This document shows, in pieces, positions 48,158 through 58,033 of a stretch of 64,000 nt of DNA; the stretch's first letter is position 1, and each line of letters starts with the position of its first letter. The translations under genes and the position numbers were made by a program. Under the pieces are notes generated by a model, which saw only the letters and a list, made by a program, of their open reading frames with translations, did not search any database and was not told the DNA's origin. This DNA comes from Candidatus Omnitrophota bacterium (GTDB lineage Bacteria > Omnitrophota > Gorgyraeia > Gygaellales > Profunditerraquicolaceae). The DNA is taken from NCBI GenBank assembly GCA_003598025.1, contig QZKH01000003.1, positions 42,048-106,047 on the forward strand, written 5' to 3'.

Positions 48158-48974
48158 GATCATAGATAAAGAAAACTTAAATAAAGAAATTGTGCGAATC
48201 GAAATCGAGGCGCCTCAAATTGCGGCTAAAGCCAACGCCGGGCAATTTGTAGCTGTTGTCATTGACGAAAAAGGAGAGCGCGTGCCTTTAACAATCGCTG
48301 ACTGGGATGCAGAAAAAGGCACAATAACTTTGATTTTTCAAAAAGTCGGCTTCACAACAAGAAAATTTGGAGAAATGGGTGTAGGCCAGATCCTGTTTAA
48401 TGTCTTAGGCCCTTTAGGCCATGCTACCAGGCCAATTCAGTCAAAAACAATCATTTGTGTAGCCGGAGGGGTAGGAATAGCCGAGATTTATCCGGTTATC
48501 AGGCTTTTTAAATCTGAAGGGAATAATGTAACAACTGTAATCGGCGCCAGGAATAAAGGCCTGTTAATCTTAGAGGAGAGAATAAGTAAAATTTCAGATA
48601 AGCTTTTTATAACCACAGACGACGGTTCATATGGCGATAAAGGCTTCGTCACAGACGTCTTAGAAAAGATTATCAACGGCCAAGAAAATGCTGGACGTAA
48701 TATTAAACCTGATTTAGTATATTGTGTCGGTCCTGTCATGATGATGAAGGCAGTGTCAGAATTGACCAGAAAATCCGGCATAAAGACAATTGTAAGCCTC
48801 AATCCGATCATGGTCGATGCTACAGGTATGTGCGGCTCCTGCCGTTGTAAAGTAGAAGGCAGGACGGTATTCGGATGTGTTGACGGCCCTGATTTTGACG
48901 GCCATCAGGTTGATTTTGATGATTTAAGTAACAGGTTGGGGCAATTTAAAGAAGAAGAAAAAAATGCAGACTAA
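48150..48974 (+). CDS. nfnA: NADH-dependent reduced ferredoxin:NADP+ oxidoreductase small subunit (NfnA/SudB-like)
   Basis: GQFV, GERVPLTIAD, GPLG, GGVG, TDDGS, MVDATGMCGSCR...CVDGP [2Fe-2S]. Confidence 0.85.
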   Translation: MFKIIDKENLNKEIVRIEIEAPQIAAKANAGQFVAVVIDEKGERVPLTIADWDAEKGTITLIFQKVGFTTRKFGEMGVGQILFNVLGPLGHATRPIQSKTIICVAGGVGIAEIYPVIRLFKSEGNNVTTVIGARNKGLLILEERISKISDKLFITTDDGSYGDKGFVTDVLEKIINGQENAGRNIKPDLVYCVGPVMMMKAVSELTRKSGIKTIVSLNPIMVDATGMCGSCRCKVEGRTVFGCVDGPDFDGHQVDFDDLSNRLGQFKEEEKNAD

Positions 48975-50370
48975 AGTTACCCAAAACAGAAATATCAAGG
49001 TTTATGCGTTATTCCTGCCTGAAATAAAAGAATTACTTCAGGCCAAGGATTTTAACAGCCTGAAAGAGTTTTTAAAGACAGTACATTCATTGGACCTGCC
49101 CGAGATTTTAAAGTCTCTTGAGCCCGCGGAAAAAATACTGGTTTTCAGGCTGTTGGGAACAAAAAAAGCCGTTGAGGTTTTTGAGAACCTAAGGTTTGAC
49201 GACCAGAATTATATATTAAATAATCTGGAGAGCCAGGAAGTTTCCCAGATCATAAATGAAATGGCCCCAGATGAACGGGCTGACCTTTTTAAAGAATTGC
49301 CAAGCAAGGTATTCAGAAAGTTTTTTGCATTGATAAATAAGGAAGAGGCCCAGGATTTGAAGAACCTTATGGTTTATGAAGAGGGCACAGCAGGCAGCCT
49401 TATGACTACAGATTTTGTTTCTTTAAAAAAGGATATGACTGCAAAGAATGCAATAATCTCAATACAGCAGAACCTGCGTGCTGATTACCGGGAGAATATT
49501 TATTCTGTTTTTGTTACTGATGATAACCGCAAGCTTCTTGGCCATATTTCTCTCCAGGATCTTTTGAAGGCGCCTCCGGATATACTTGTTAAAGATATAA
49601 TGGGCACAAACGGTTTTATTAAGATCTATCCAAATACCACCAAAGAAGATGTAGCAGCATGGTTTAAGCAGTATGATTTATTGGATGCGGCAGTGATTGA
49701 TGATAACGGAATACTGGTAGGGATAATAACTGTTGATGATATTGTCGCAGAAATGGAGAAACAGACCACTAAAGATATATATGAAATAGGTAAGATGGAT
49801 GCCAGGGGCGGTGAAATAATCAGCTATGCTTCTGCAACTACCTTTGAATTAGTCAGAAGAAGGGCAGGCTGGCTGGTCCTTCTGTTGATTTTTGATTTTT
49901 TGACAGGCACAGTATTGAAGAATTTTGAGCATACTTTAAGCGCGGTTGTAGCGCTGACATTCTTCATACCAATGCTGCTTGATACAGGAGGAAATGCCGG
50001 AGCGCAGACATCCATTACCATTATAAGAGGCTTGGCAACAGGGGATGTAAATTTTAAGAATGTTTTTAAAGTAATAAGGCTGGAATTCTCTTCTGCTTTC
50101 CTTATGGGTATTATTATAGGCTCGGTTGCTTTTGCAAGAGCCCTGCTTCTACAGAAAGATTTTCATATAGCCCTTGTAGTAGGCTTAAGCATGGTGGCAA
50201 TAGCGATACTTGCTATCTGCACAGGGGTATTTCTGCCGCTTTTCTCCAAGAAGATCGGCCTTGATCCTGCATCTTTGGCAGGCCCGATAACTACCAGCGT
50301 TGTTGATGTTGTTGGATTGATTATTTATTTTAAAATTGCTCAAGCGTTTATTCCGGCGCTGAATTTCTAA
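48964..50370 (+). CDS. mgtE: Magnesium transporter MgtE
   Basis: N-domain, TAGSLMT CBS pair, GIITVDD, FIPML..GGNAGAQ, DPA..AGP..T..VD. Confidence 0.94.
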   Translation: MQTKVTQNRNIKVYALFLPEIKELLQAKDFNSLKEFLKTVHSLDLPEILKSLEPAEKILVFRLLGTKKAVEVFENLRFDDQNYILNNLESQEVSQIINEMAPDERADLFKELPSKVFRKFFALINKEEAQDLKNLMVYEEGTAGSLMTTDFVSLKKDMTAKNAIISIQQNLRADYRENIYSVFVTDDNRKLLGHISLQDLLKAPPDILVKDIMGTNGFIKIYPNTTKEDVAAWFKQYDLLDAAVIDDNGILVGIITVDDIVAEMEKQTTKDIYEIGKMDARGGEIISYASATTFELVRRRAGWLVLLLIFDFLTGTVLKNFEHTLSAVVALTFFIPMLLDTGGNAGAQTSITIIRGLATGDVNFKNVFKVIRLEFSSAFLMGIIIGSVAFARALLLQKDFHIALVVGLSMVAIAILAICTGVFLPLFSKKIGLDPASLAGPITTSVVDVVGLIIYFKIAQAFIPALNF

Positions 50371-51738
50371 ATGCGTAATAAAGTCCCACAGCAGCCACCA
50401 AAAAAGCGTATCAGTAACTTTTTTGAAGTGGCCTTAGGTTATTCTAAAGAGCAGGCTGAAGCTGAAGCTAAGCGATGCCTTCAGTGTAAACAGCCCGCAT
50501 GTGTAAAAGGCTGTCCCGTCCAGATTAATATCCCTGCTTTTATTAAGTTGATTAAAGAAGGAAAACGTAAGGAGGCGCTTAGTAAGATTAAGGAGAGAAA
50601 TAATCTTCCTGCTGTCTGCGGCCGGGTTTGTCCGCAGGAGGACCAATGTGAAGCCGCCTGTATATTGAACAAAAAGAAAATCCCGATTAATATCGGTGCG
50701 CTTGAAAGATATGCTTCGGATTACGAGTTAGAAAATAAGCAACATCTTGAAGGCTCGGCAACCGGCGCAGGCACAAAGGTTGCTGTTGTCGGAAGCGGGC
50801 CCGCAGGATTGACTTGCGCTGCGGATTTGGCAAAACTTGGATTCAAGGTAACAGTCTTTGAGTCACTGCATTTTGCCGGCGGGGTTTTGACTTACGGGAT
50901 ACCTGAATTCAGGCTGCCAAAACAAATAGTTGCCAATGAACTTGATTATATCCGTAGTTTGGGTGTGGAAATAAAGCCCGGTATTTTAATAGGCAACACT
51001 TTCAGTATTAAAGACCTTTTTCAAGAGGGTTACAAAGCTGTATTTATAGCCACTGGAGCAGGCCTGCCACAGTTCCTTGATATTCCCGGAGAAAGCGCAA
51101 AGAGAGTTTACTCTGCGAATGAATTTCTTACCAGGGTAAATTTAATGAAGGCTTATAAATTTCCGGAATACGCAACACCGATAGCTATCGGAAAGAAGGT
51201 AGCGGTAATCGGCGCAGGCAATGTTGCAATGGATTCAGCCAGGGTTGCACTTCGCTTAGGGGCAAGTGTTTCTCTGGTTTACCGCAGGACCGAAGTTGAG
51301 ATGCCGGCCAGGGTCGAAGAGGTCCAGAATGCAAAAGAAGAGGGCGTCAAATTTTTCTTGCTATCGCAGCCTAAGGAAATCCTGATGGACAAAAACGGTT
51401 TCGCAATCGGATTAAAATGCATAAAGATGAAACTAGGTGAGCCCGATGCTTCGGGAAGGAAGCGGCCTTTACCTGTAGAAGATTCGGATTTTATTATTGA
51501 GGCAGATACTGTAATAGTCGCCATAGGCCAGAGCCCAAATCCTCTGTTGCCTAAAACGGTTCCCGGGATTAAAATGAATGCTGACGGCACCATACAGGTT
51601 AATGATAATATGATGACTTCTATCCCAGGTGTTTTTGCCGGAGGTGATATTGTTACCGGCGCCGATACTGTAATTTCAGCGATGGGGGCAGGTAAGAAAG
51701 CGGCTGTAGAGATAGAGAAGTATATTAATAAAATATAA
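50371..51738 (+). CDS. nfnB: NfnB/SudA-like (GltD family) NADPH-dependent oxidoreductase large subunit
   Basis: EAKRCLQC...CVKGCPV, CGRVCPQE.QCE, GSGPAG, YGIPEFRLPK, SANEFLTRVNLMKAY, FAGGDIVTG. Confidence 0.85.
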   Translation: MRNKVPQQPPKKRISNFFEVALGYSKEQAEAEAKRCLQCKQPACVKGCPVQINIPAFIKLIKEGKRKEALSKIKERNNLPAVCGRVCPQEDQCEAACILNKKKIPINIGALERYASDYELENKQHLEGSATGAGTKVAVVGSGPAGLTCAADLAKLGFKVTVFESLHFAGGVLTYGIPEFRLPKQIVANELDYIRSLGVEIKPGILIGNTFSIKDLFQEGYKAVFIATGAGLPQFLDIPGESAKRVYSANEFLTRVNLMKAYKFPEYATPIAIGKKVAVIGAGNVAMDSARVALRLGASVSLVYRRTEVEMPARVEEVQNAKEEGVKFFLLSQPKEILMDKNGFAIGLKCIKMKLGEPDASGRKRPLPVEDSDFIIEADTVIVAIGQSPNPLLPKTVPGIKMNADGTIQVNDNMMTSIPGVFAGGDIVTGADTVISAMGAGKKAAVEIEKYINKI

Positions 51739-51747
51739 GTTCACTGT

Positions 51748-51846
51748 ATTGGTTCATAGTTCATTGTTCATAGTTCATAGAGCTGTCCTTACGTCCATGA
51801 ACTCTGAACTAATCTATGAACTTTGAACCATCAACCATGAACTAAT
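51748..51846. repeat. Family A element with conserved spacer
   Basis: gttcatagttcattgttcatagttcat-agagctgtccttacgtcc-atgaac...; 51 bp identical to 59373-59423. Confidence 0.92.
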
Positions 51847-51861
51847 AATGAGGCAATAGTT

Positions 51862-52689
51862 ATGGAAAAAATAACAGTAAAGAATATCTTGGCGCTTAAA
51901 AGTCAGCGCAAAATCACTATGCTTACCGCGTATGATTATCCTTTCGGCCAATTTGTAGATAAAGCAGGCATAGATATGATTTTAGTCGGGGATTCTTTGG
52001 CCAATGTTGTCTTAGGGCTGGATTCTACTACCAAAGTCGGTATGCCTGAAATGCTTCATCATGCTAAAGCAGTTGCCAGGGCAGTAAAGCGGGCGTTAAT
52101 AATCGGTGATATGCCTTTCGAATCATATCAGATTAATACAGAAGAGTCGGTTGTAAATGCGCGAAGATTTATAGAAGAAGCAAACTGCGATGCCGTTAAG
52201 CTTGAATGGTTTGACAAGTGTCTTGAAGTCACCGAGAGCATAGTTAAATCAGGTATAGACGTAATGGGCCATATCGGGCTCACTCCTCAGACAGCCGAAA
52301 AGCAGGGCGGATTCAAAGTCCAGGGTAAGGATGCCGAGGCGGCTCAGAAGATAATCCAGCAGGCGCTTGCTTTAGAAAAATGCGGGTGTTTTGCTTTAGT
52401 GCTTGAATGTGTACCTGACAGAATAGCGGAGATGATAACCCAAAAATTAAAGATACCGACTATCGGTATCGGCGCAGGCCCTTATTGTGACGGGCAGGTA
52501 TTGGTTATTCATGACATGCTTGGTTTGTTTGAAAGATACACGCCAAAGTTCGTAAAGAAATATGTTGATCTCTCCGGATTAATAACCGAGGCGATCACAA
52601 ATTATAAAAATGACGTACTTGAAGGTAAGTTTCCTTCCAAGGAGCACACTTTTACTATAAAAGAAGATGAAGTCAAGAAAATCCGGTAA
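51862..52689 (+). CDS. panB: 3-methyl-2-oxobutanoate hydroxymethyltransferase
   Basis: LTAYD, LVGDSL, GDMPF, AVKLE, GHIGLTPQ, GIGAG..CDGQVLV. Confidence 0.97.
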   Translation: MEKITVKNILALKSQRKITMLTAYDYPFGQFVDKAGIDMILVGDSLANVVLGLDSTTKVGMPEMLHHAKAVARAVKRALIIGDMPFESYQINTEESVVNARRFIEEANCDAVKLEWFDKCLEVTESIVKSGIDVMGHIGLTPQTAEKQGGFKVQGKDAEAAQKIIQQALALEKCGCFALVLECVPDRIAEMITQKLKIPTIGIGAGPYCDGQVLVIHDMLGLFERYTPKFVKKYVDLSGLITEAITNYKNDVLEGKFPSKEHTFTIKEDEVKKIR

Positions 52690-53419
52690 TTTCGTTAATT
52701 TTCTTAAATTAGTATGGATAATTATTGCTTGGCTCTTGATAATAGCTTCGCTGGGAGTCTTTATAGTAAAATACGCAGGGCCGCCGATATTAAAGTCATA
52801 TGTGAGAATGGGTGTAGGGGATTGCCGAAGGCTGCCTGTACTATGCGTAAGTTTTGATAAAGGCGTATATCACTCAAATATTGATGAAGAATTTATCTCT
52901 TTGCTTGCAGTCTATAGTTTCCCGGGCATGGAGATCAGACTGCCTAAGAATTTCCTCGCCGTGAAAGAGAAGATAAATAAAGTCTATTATAAACGCAGGA
53001 AAGTAGAATTAAATTCCAAGCCGACTGCTTACCTGCTTAGCCAGCCGCCGGGTTTCTTCGTCAATCTCTTCCCTGAGGTCAAGCGTTTTGGTGTTGAGAG
53101 TGATTATCAGTTTTATGAGAACCTCCTTGCTTCAAGATACGATAATTTAACGAGTATCAAAGATGCTTTTTTTATAATCATGAAATCAATATTTACTCCT
53201 GACCTTGGGCCCCAGGAAGATGTTAAGATGATAAAAGCAGAATGGCAGGCAATGACCGGTTTTATATCTTATAATCTGTCTGGAGAGACAAATTACTTTG
53301 ATTGTAATTTATTTGACAAGGCAGGAAATTATTCCAAAGTGTATATAAAGGATAAAAATAAAGAACTGACCCTGCAAAAGGTATATAGCATAATAAGTAC
53401 GCTGAAAACAGGGAATTAG
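52667..53419 (+). CDS. Hypothetical membrane-anchored protein
   Basis: 250-aa ORF in operon, N-terminal TM helix; no recognised motif. Confidence 0.65.
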   Translation: MKSRKSGNFVNFLKLVWIIIAWLLIIASLGVFIVKYAGPPILKSYVRMGVGDCRRLPVLCVSFDKGVYHSNIDEEFISLLAVYSFPGMEIRLPKNFLAVKEKINKVYYKRRKVELNSKPTAYLLSQPPGFFVNLFPEVKRFGVESDYQFYENLLASRYDNLTSIKDAFFIIMKSIFTPDLGPQEDVKMIKAEWQAMTGFISYNLSGETNYFDCNLFDKAGNYSKVYIKDKNKELTLQKVYSIISTLKTGN

Positions 53420-53544
53420 TTCATACATTAGTTCATTGTTCATAGTTAATAGTTTATAGAAATATGCCATCTATCCATGAACTTTGAACTATGATCTATG
53501 AACCAATAAATCCATGAACTTTGAACCTTCAACCGTGAACTAAT
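53415..53544. repeat. Family A element
   Basis: attagttcat...gttcattgttcatagttaatagtttatag / ccatgaactttgaactatgatctatgaacc...gtgaactaat. Confidence 0.88.
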
Positions 53545-53588
53545 ATCTCCTTGACTTTTAACTTAAATTGAGATAAAAATAAAAAGCT

Positions 53589-54896
53589 ATGGCCGATAAT
53601 TTAATGGAAAATATAGTATCTTTATGCAAACGGCGCGGCTTTATCTTCCAATCCTCAGATATCTACGGCGGTTTGGCTAATACCTGGGATTACGGCCCTT
53701 ATGGGGTAGAGTTGAAGAATAACCTTAAACGTGCCTGGTGGAAGTCGGTAGTCTATGATAGGGATGATATCCTTGGGCTGGATGCCTCGATTTTAATGCA
53801 CCCAAGGGTCTGGGAGGCTTCTGGCCATGTGCAGAACTTTTTTGATTTAAAAAGTGATTGCAAGAAGTGCAAAAAGCGCTTTAAATCCGAAGACCTGAAA
53901 GGAAATAAAACTTGCCCGGAATGCGGCGGAGAATTGACAGAAGGCAGGCCGTTTAACCTGATGTTTAAGACTTACCAGGGCCCGGTTGAAGATGCGACTA
54001 ATCTTATTTATCTCAGGCCTGAGACCGCGCAAGGCATGTTCGTAAATTTCTCAAATATAATTGATTCAAAGCACCCTAAGCTTCCTTTTGGTTTGGCTCA
54101 AGTAGGCAAGTCATTCCGTAACGAGATAACCCCCGGTAATTTTACTTTCAGGACAAGAGAATTCGAGCAGATGGAGATCGAGTATTTTGTGAACCCTAAA
54201 GATGCGGATAAGAAATTGGAAGAGTGGATTGAGTACCGCTTTGAATGGTATTTGAACCTGGGTTTAAAAAAAGACAGTTTAAGGAAACGCAAACATGCCG
54301 AAAACGAATTGGCGCATTATGCTAAGGCATGTACCGATATCGAATATAATTTCCCATTTGGCTGGTCAGAACTCGAAGGCGTTGCAAACCGGACGGATTT
54401 TGATCTCAGGCAGCACTCAGAGGCAAGCGGCAAGGATTTAAGGTTCTTTGACGATTCAAGCAAGGAAAGGTTTTTCCCGTATATAATTGAGCCTTCCGGC
54501 GGAGTTGACAGGAGCGTATTGGCATTCTTGGTAGATGCATTTGCGCAGGAAAAGGTCAAGGATGATACAAGGGTTGTCTTAAAGCTGCATAAGGATCTGG
54601 CGCCGGTAAAGGTAGCTGTGCTGCCTTTGCTTAGGAATAAACCGGAGATTGTGGAGTTAGCAAAGAGAATCTCCCGGGAACTTAAGAAAGCATTTGTTAC
54701 TGTTTATGACGACACAGGCGCAATCGGCAAGCTCTACAGAAGGCAGGATGAAGTCGGCACGCTCTATTGTGTCACAATAGACGTCCAGTCCCTTGATGAT
54801 AAACAAGCTACAGTCAGGGACAGAGATACCATGAAGCAGGATAGGGTAGAAATTAATAATTTAAAAAAATATATTTTAGACAAAATATGTTCATGA
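53589..54896 (+). CDS. glyQS: Glycine--tRNA ligase, alpha2 (archaeal/eukaryote-like) type
   Basis: KRRGF, DYGP.G, WEASGH, LRPETAQG, FRNEITPG...RTREFEQME, IEPS.G, IGKLYRRQDEVG. Confidence 0.96.
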   Translation: MADNLMENIVSLCKRRGFIFQSSDIYGGLANTWDYGPYGVELKNNLKRAWWKSVVYDRDDILGLDASILMHPRVWEASGHVQNFFDLKSDCKKCKKRFKSEDLKGNKTCPECGGELTEGRPFNLMFKTYQGPVEDATNLIYLRPETAQGMFVNFSNIIDSKHPKLPFGLAQVGKSFRNEITPGNFTFRTREFEQMEIEYFVNPKDADKKLEEWIEYRFEWYLNLGLKKDSLRKRKHAENELAHYAKACTDIEYNFPFGWSELEGVANRTDFDLRQHSEASGKDLRFFDDSSKERFFPYIIEPSGGVDRSVLAFLVDAFAQEKVKDDTRVVLKLHKDLAPVKVAVLPLLRNKPEIVELAKRISRELKKAFVTVYDDTGAIGKLYRRQDEVGTLYCVTIDVQSLDDKQATVRDRDTMKQDRVEINNLKKYILDKICS

Positions 54897-54906
54897 TTAT
54901 TAGATG

Positions 54907-54972
54907 GGTCACAAGGACACAAGACACAAGGACACAAAAAACTGTGACTTTGTGACGTGTGACTTTGTGACT
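54907..54972. repeat. Family B inverted element (empty)
   Basis: ggtcacaaggacacaagacacaaggacacaaaa ... tgtgactttgtgacgtgtgactttgtgact. Confidence 0.9.
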
Positions 54973-55016
54973 GCTGATGATTTTGAGCTAAACAAAAAGG
55001 GAGGGTTTTAAAAGCA

Positions 55017-57773
55017 ATGGCAAAGTATGTTTACTTCTTTGGAGGGGGTAAGGCTGACGGCAATGAATCTATGAAGAATCTTTTGGGCGGCAAGGGCGCT
55101 AACCTTGCTGAAATGGCTGGAAGCAAAGATTTGAAGCTCCCTGTTCCCCCGGGATTTACTATTACTACAGATGTTTGCACATATTACTACGAACATAAAA
55201 GGGCTTATCCAAAAGGCTTAAACGAACAGGTAAAAGAAGCCCTTAAGAAAGTGGAGAAATTGATGGGCAGGGAATTCGGCGACTCCGAAAACCCGCTTTT
55301 GGTTTCCGTGCGTTCAGGCGCAAGGAGATCTATGCCAGGGATGATGGAAACAGTCCTTAATGTCGGCTTAACTGAAAAAACAATACCCGGACTCATAAAG
55401 CAGAGCGGCGGTAACAGCCGGTTTGTATATGATGCATACCGTCGTTTGATAATGATGTATTCTGATGTTGTCATGGAGAAGGCAGGCGGCATTGAGCCGA
55501 AAGATTCAGAATCCGGAATACGCAAACAGCTGGAAAAGATAATGTCGGAGTTAAAGAATGTCTTGGGGTATAAAACCGATACAGAGCTTACTTGTGATGA
55601 CTTAAAGAAGCTTTGCAGGTTATTTAAGGAGAAGGTCAAAGAAGTGCTCAAAAAAGAGTTTCCTGATGATCCATATGATCAGTTATGGGGAGGCATAGGA
55701 GCTGTGTTTGCATCGTGGAACGGTAAAAGAGCTATCAGCTATAGAAGGATAGAAAATATTCCTGATGAATGGGGTACAGCAGTAAATGTCCAGACAATGG
55801 TTTTTGGAAATATGGGCAATGATTCAGCAACAGGCGTAGCTTTTACAAGAAATCCCGGTAATGGAGAGGGGCAATTTTACGGTGAGTACCTTATTAATGC
55901 GCAGGGTGAAGATGTCGTCGCCGGTATAAGGACACCAGCGCCGATTAATAGCTATTCTACTTCAGAGCATAATAAAGAGATGCTTACTTTGGAAAAAGCC
56001 ATGCCAAAAATATACAGGCAGCTATTTGATATCCAGCTAAAGCTTGAGAAACATTACCATGATATGCAGGATATTGAGTTTACGATTGAAAAAGGCAGGC
56101 TATTTATGTTGCAGTGCAGGGTCGGCAAACGCAACGGCCCGGCAGCTGTGCGTATGGCTGTTGATATGGTCAAAGAAAAACTTATCAATAAAGAAACAGC
56201 CGCTTTAAGAGTGACTCCTGCCCAACTTGATGAGCTCTTGCATCCTGTAATAGACCCGAAGGCCGAAATAAAAAGCAAGCCGATAGCCAAGGGGTTGCCT
56301 GCAGGTCCGGGCGGTGCTACAGGGCAGATAGTTTTCTCTGCAAATGATGCGGTTGAATGGGCAAAAAAAGGCAAAAAAGTAATATTGGTAAGAGAAGAGA
56401 CTAATCCTGAGGATGTTGAAGGTATGCGTGCTGCTCAGGCTATACTTACTGCAAGAGGCGGCATGACATCGCATGCTGCGTTGGTTGCGCGCGGCTGGGG
56501 CAAATGCTGCATTGTAGGCTGCGGAGGTATCCATATTGAATATAACGAGAAGGAATTACATGCCGATGGCAAAGTATTAAAGGAAGGCGATTGGATTACT
56601 CTTAACGGCACAAAAGGCAATGTTTATGAAGGCCAGCTTCCTATGATGGATGCCGGGGAAGAGAACAAACTGTTAAGCAGTTTCTTGAGACTGTGCAGTT
56701 CTATCAAGAAATTAGGAGTGCGCACTAACGCAGATACCCCTGAAGATGCAAAGAGGGCAAGGCAATTCGGGGCAGAGGGTATTGGATTGTTCAGGACAGA
56801 GCATATGTTTTACGGAAAAGGCTCTGACCAACCGCTATTTCTTTTGCGTAAAATGATTGTTTCTAAGACTGAGGCTGAGAGGAAGAAGGCGCTTGGCGAA
56901 TTGTTCCCTTATGTAAAAAAAGATATTAAAGGGACCCTTGAAGCTATGGACGGTTTTCCTGTGGTCTTCAGGCTGCTTGATCCTCCGTTGCATGAATTTG
57001 TCCCGCGCGAAGAGTCAAAGTTGAATGAGTTAGCAAAAGAATTGAATATCAGCCTTGATGAACTGCGTTCCCGCGCCGAGGCTTTACATGAGTCTAATCC
57101 GATGATGGGGCACCGCGGAGTCCGTTTAGGCGTTACTTATCCTGAAATAAGCTCTATGCAGATAGAAGCTATATTTGAAGCTGCAGCTGAACTTATCCAG
57201 GAAGGCAAAAAACCCTATCCGGAGATAATGATACCGGTTGTCTGCGATGTAAAAGAATTGCAGGACCAGCTTGTAATTGCAAAGACAGTTTACCAGAGTG
57301 TGCTTAAGAAATATAATTTAAAAAATATAAAACATATGTTTGGGACAATGATAGAAGTCCCCCGCGCAACATTGGTTGCTGATAAGCTTGCAAGCGTTGC
57401 CCAATTCTTCTCTTTCGGGACCAACGACCTTACACAGATGGGTTTTGGTTTCTCAAGAGACGATATCGGCGGATTCTTGCCGCATTACCTTAATAAGGGC
57501 ATACTCCCTGAAGACCCGTTTCAGAGTATTGACCAGGAAGGTATTGGCGAGTTGATTAAGATAGGAATTAATAAAGGCCGCTCTGCCTCACCGAAGCTTG
57601 AAGTCGGTATCTGCGGAGAGCATGGAGGAGAGCCTAAATCAGTTGAGTTCTGCCATAAAGTAGGCATGGATTATGTAAGCTGTTCTCCTTTTAGGGTGCC
57701 TATCGCCATACTTGCCGCATCCCAGGCAGAGTTGAAGGATAAGGCTAAGGAGAAGGGGAAGAAGAAAAAGTAA
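55017..57773 (+). CDS. ppdK: Pyruvate, phosphate dikinase
   Basis: LGGKGANLAEM, LVSVRSGA, QGEDVVAGIRTP, GGMTSHAA, GIGLFRTEHMF, GICGEHGG. Confidence 0.98.
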   Translation: MAKYVYFFGGGKADGNESMKNLLGGKGANLAEMAGSKDLKLPVPPGFTITTDVCTYYYEHKRAYPKGLNEQVKEALKKVEKLMGREFGDSENPLLVSVRSGARRSMPGMMETVLNVGLTEKTIPGLIKQSGGNSRFVYDAYRRLIMMYSDVVMEKAGGIEPKDSESGIRKQLEKIMSELKNVLGYKTDTELTCDDLKKLCRLFKEKVKEVLKKEFPDDPYDQLWGGIGAVFASWNGKRAISYRRIENIPDEWGTAVNVQTMVFGNMGNDSATGVAFTRNPGNGEGQFYGEYLINAQGEDVVAGIRTPAPINSYSTSEHNKEMLTLEKAMPKIYRQLFDIQLKLEKHYHDMQDIEFTIEKGRLFMLQCRVGKRNGPAAVRMAVDMVKEKLINKETAALRVTPAQLDELLHPVIDPKAEIKSKPIAKGLPAGPGGATGQIVFSANDAVEWAKKGKKVILVREETNPEDVEGMRAAQAILTARGGMTSHAALVARGWGKCCIVGCGGIHIEYNEKELHADGKVLKEGDWITLNGTKGNVYEGQLPMMDAGEENKLLSSFLRLCSSIKKLGVRTNADTPEDAKRARQFGAEGIGLFRTEHMFYGKGSDQPLFLLRKMIVSKTEAERKKALGELFPYVKKDIKGTLEAMDGFPVVFRLLDPPLHEFVPREESKLNELAKELNISLDELRSRAEALHESNPMMGHRGVRLGVTYPEISSMQIEAIFEAAAELIQEGKKPYPEIMIPVVCDVKELQDQLVIAKTVYQSVLKKYNLKNIKHMFGTMIEVPRATLVADKLASVAQFFSFGTNDLTQMGFGFSRDDIGGFLPHYLNKGILPEDPFQSIDQEGIGELIKIGINKGRSASPKLEVGICGEHGGEPKSVEFCHKVGMDYVSCSPFRVPIAILAASQAELKDKAKEKGKKKK

Positions 57774-57775
57774 CC

Positions 57776-57847
57776 TAGTTCATTGTTCGTAGTTCATAGG
57801 GTCGTCCTTAGTCCATGAACCATGAACTAATCTATGGATTATGAACC
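57776..57847. repeat. Family A element
   Basis: tagttcattgttcgtagttcat-agggtcgtccttagtcc-atgaaccatgaactaatctatgg. Confidence 0.88.
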
Positions 57848-57857
57848 GATTGATTGC

Positions 57858-57931
57858 GCCCCTGTAGCTCATAAGGATAGAGCAACGGTTTCCTAAACCG
57901 TGTGCGGCAGGTTCGATTCCTGCCAGGGGCA
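57858..57931 (+). tRNA. tRNA-Arg(CCU)
   Basis: gcccctg/caggggc acceptor, acggt-ttcctaa-accgt, gcagg-ttcgatt-cctgc. Confidence 0.94.
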
Positions 57932-57937
57932 GTTTAC

Positions 57938-58033
57938 TTAGTTCATAGAGCTGTCCATACGTCCATGAACTATCAACCATGAACCTTGAACTAATCTATA
58001 AACCTTGAACCATCAACCATGAACTAATCTATG
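57938..58033. repeat. Family A element ending in the sigma-factor ATG
   Basis: ttagttcat-agagctgtccatacgtcc-atgaactatcaaccatgaacc...atgaactaatctATG. Confidence 0.88.
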
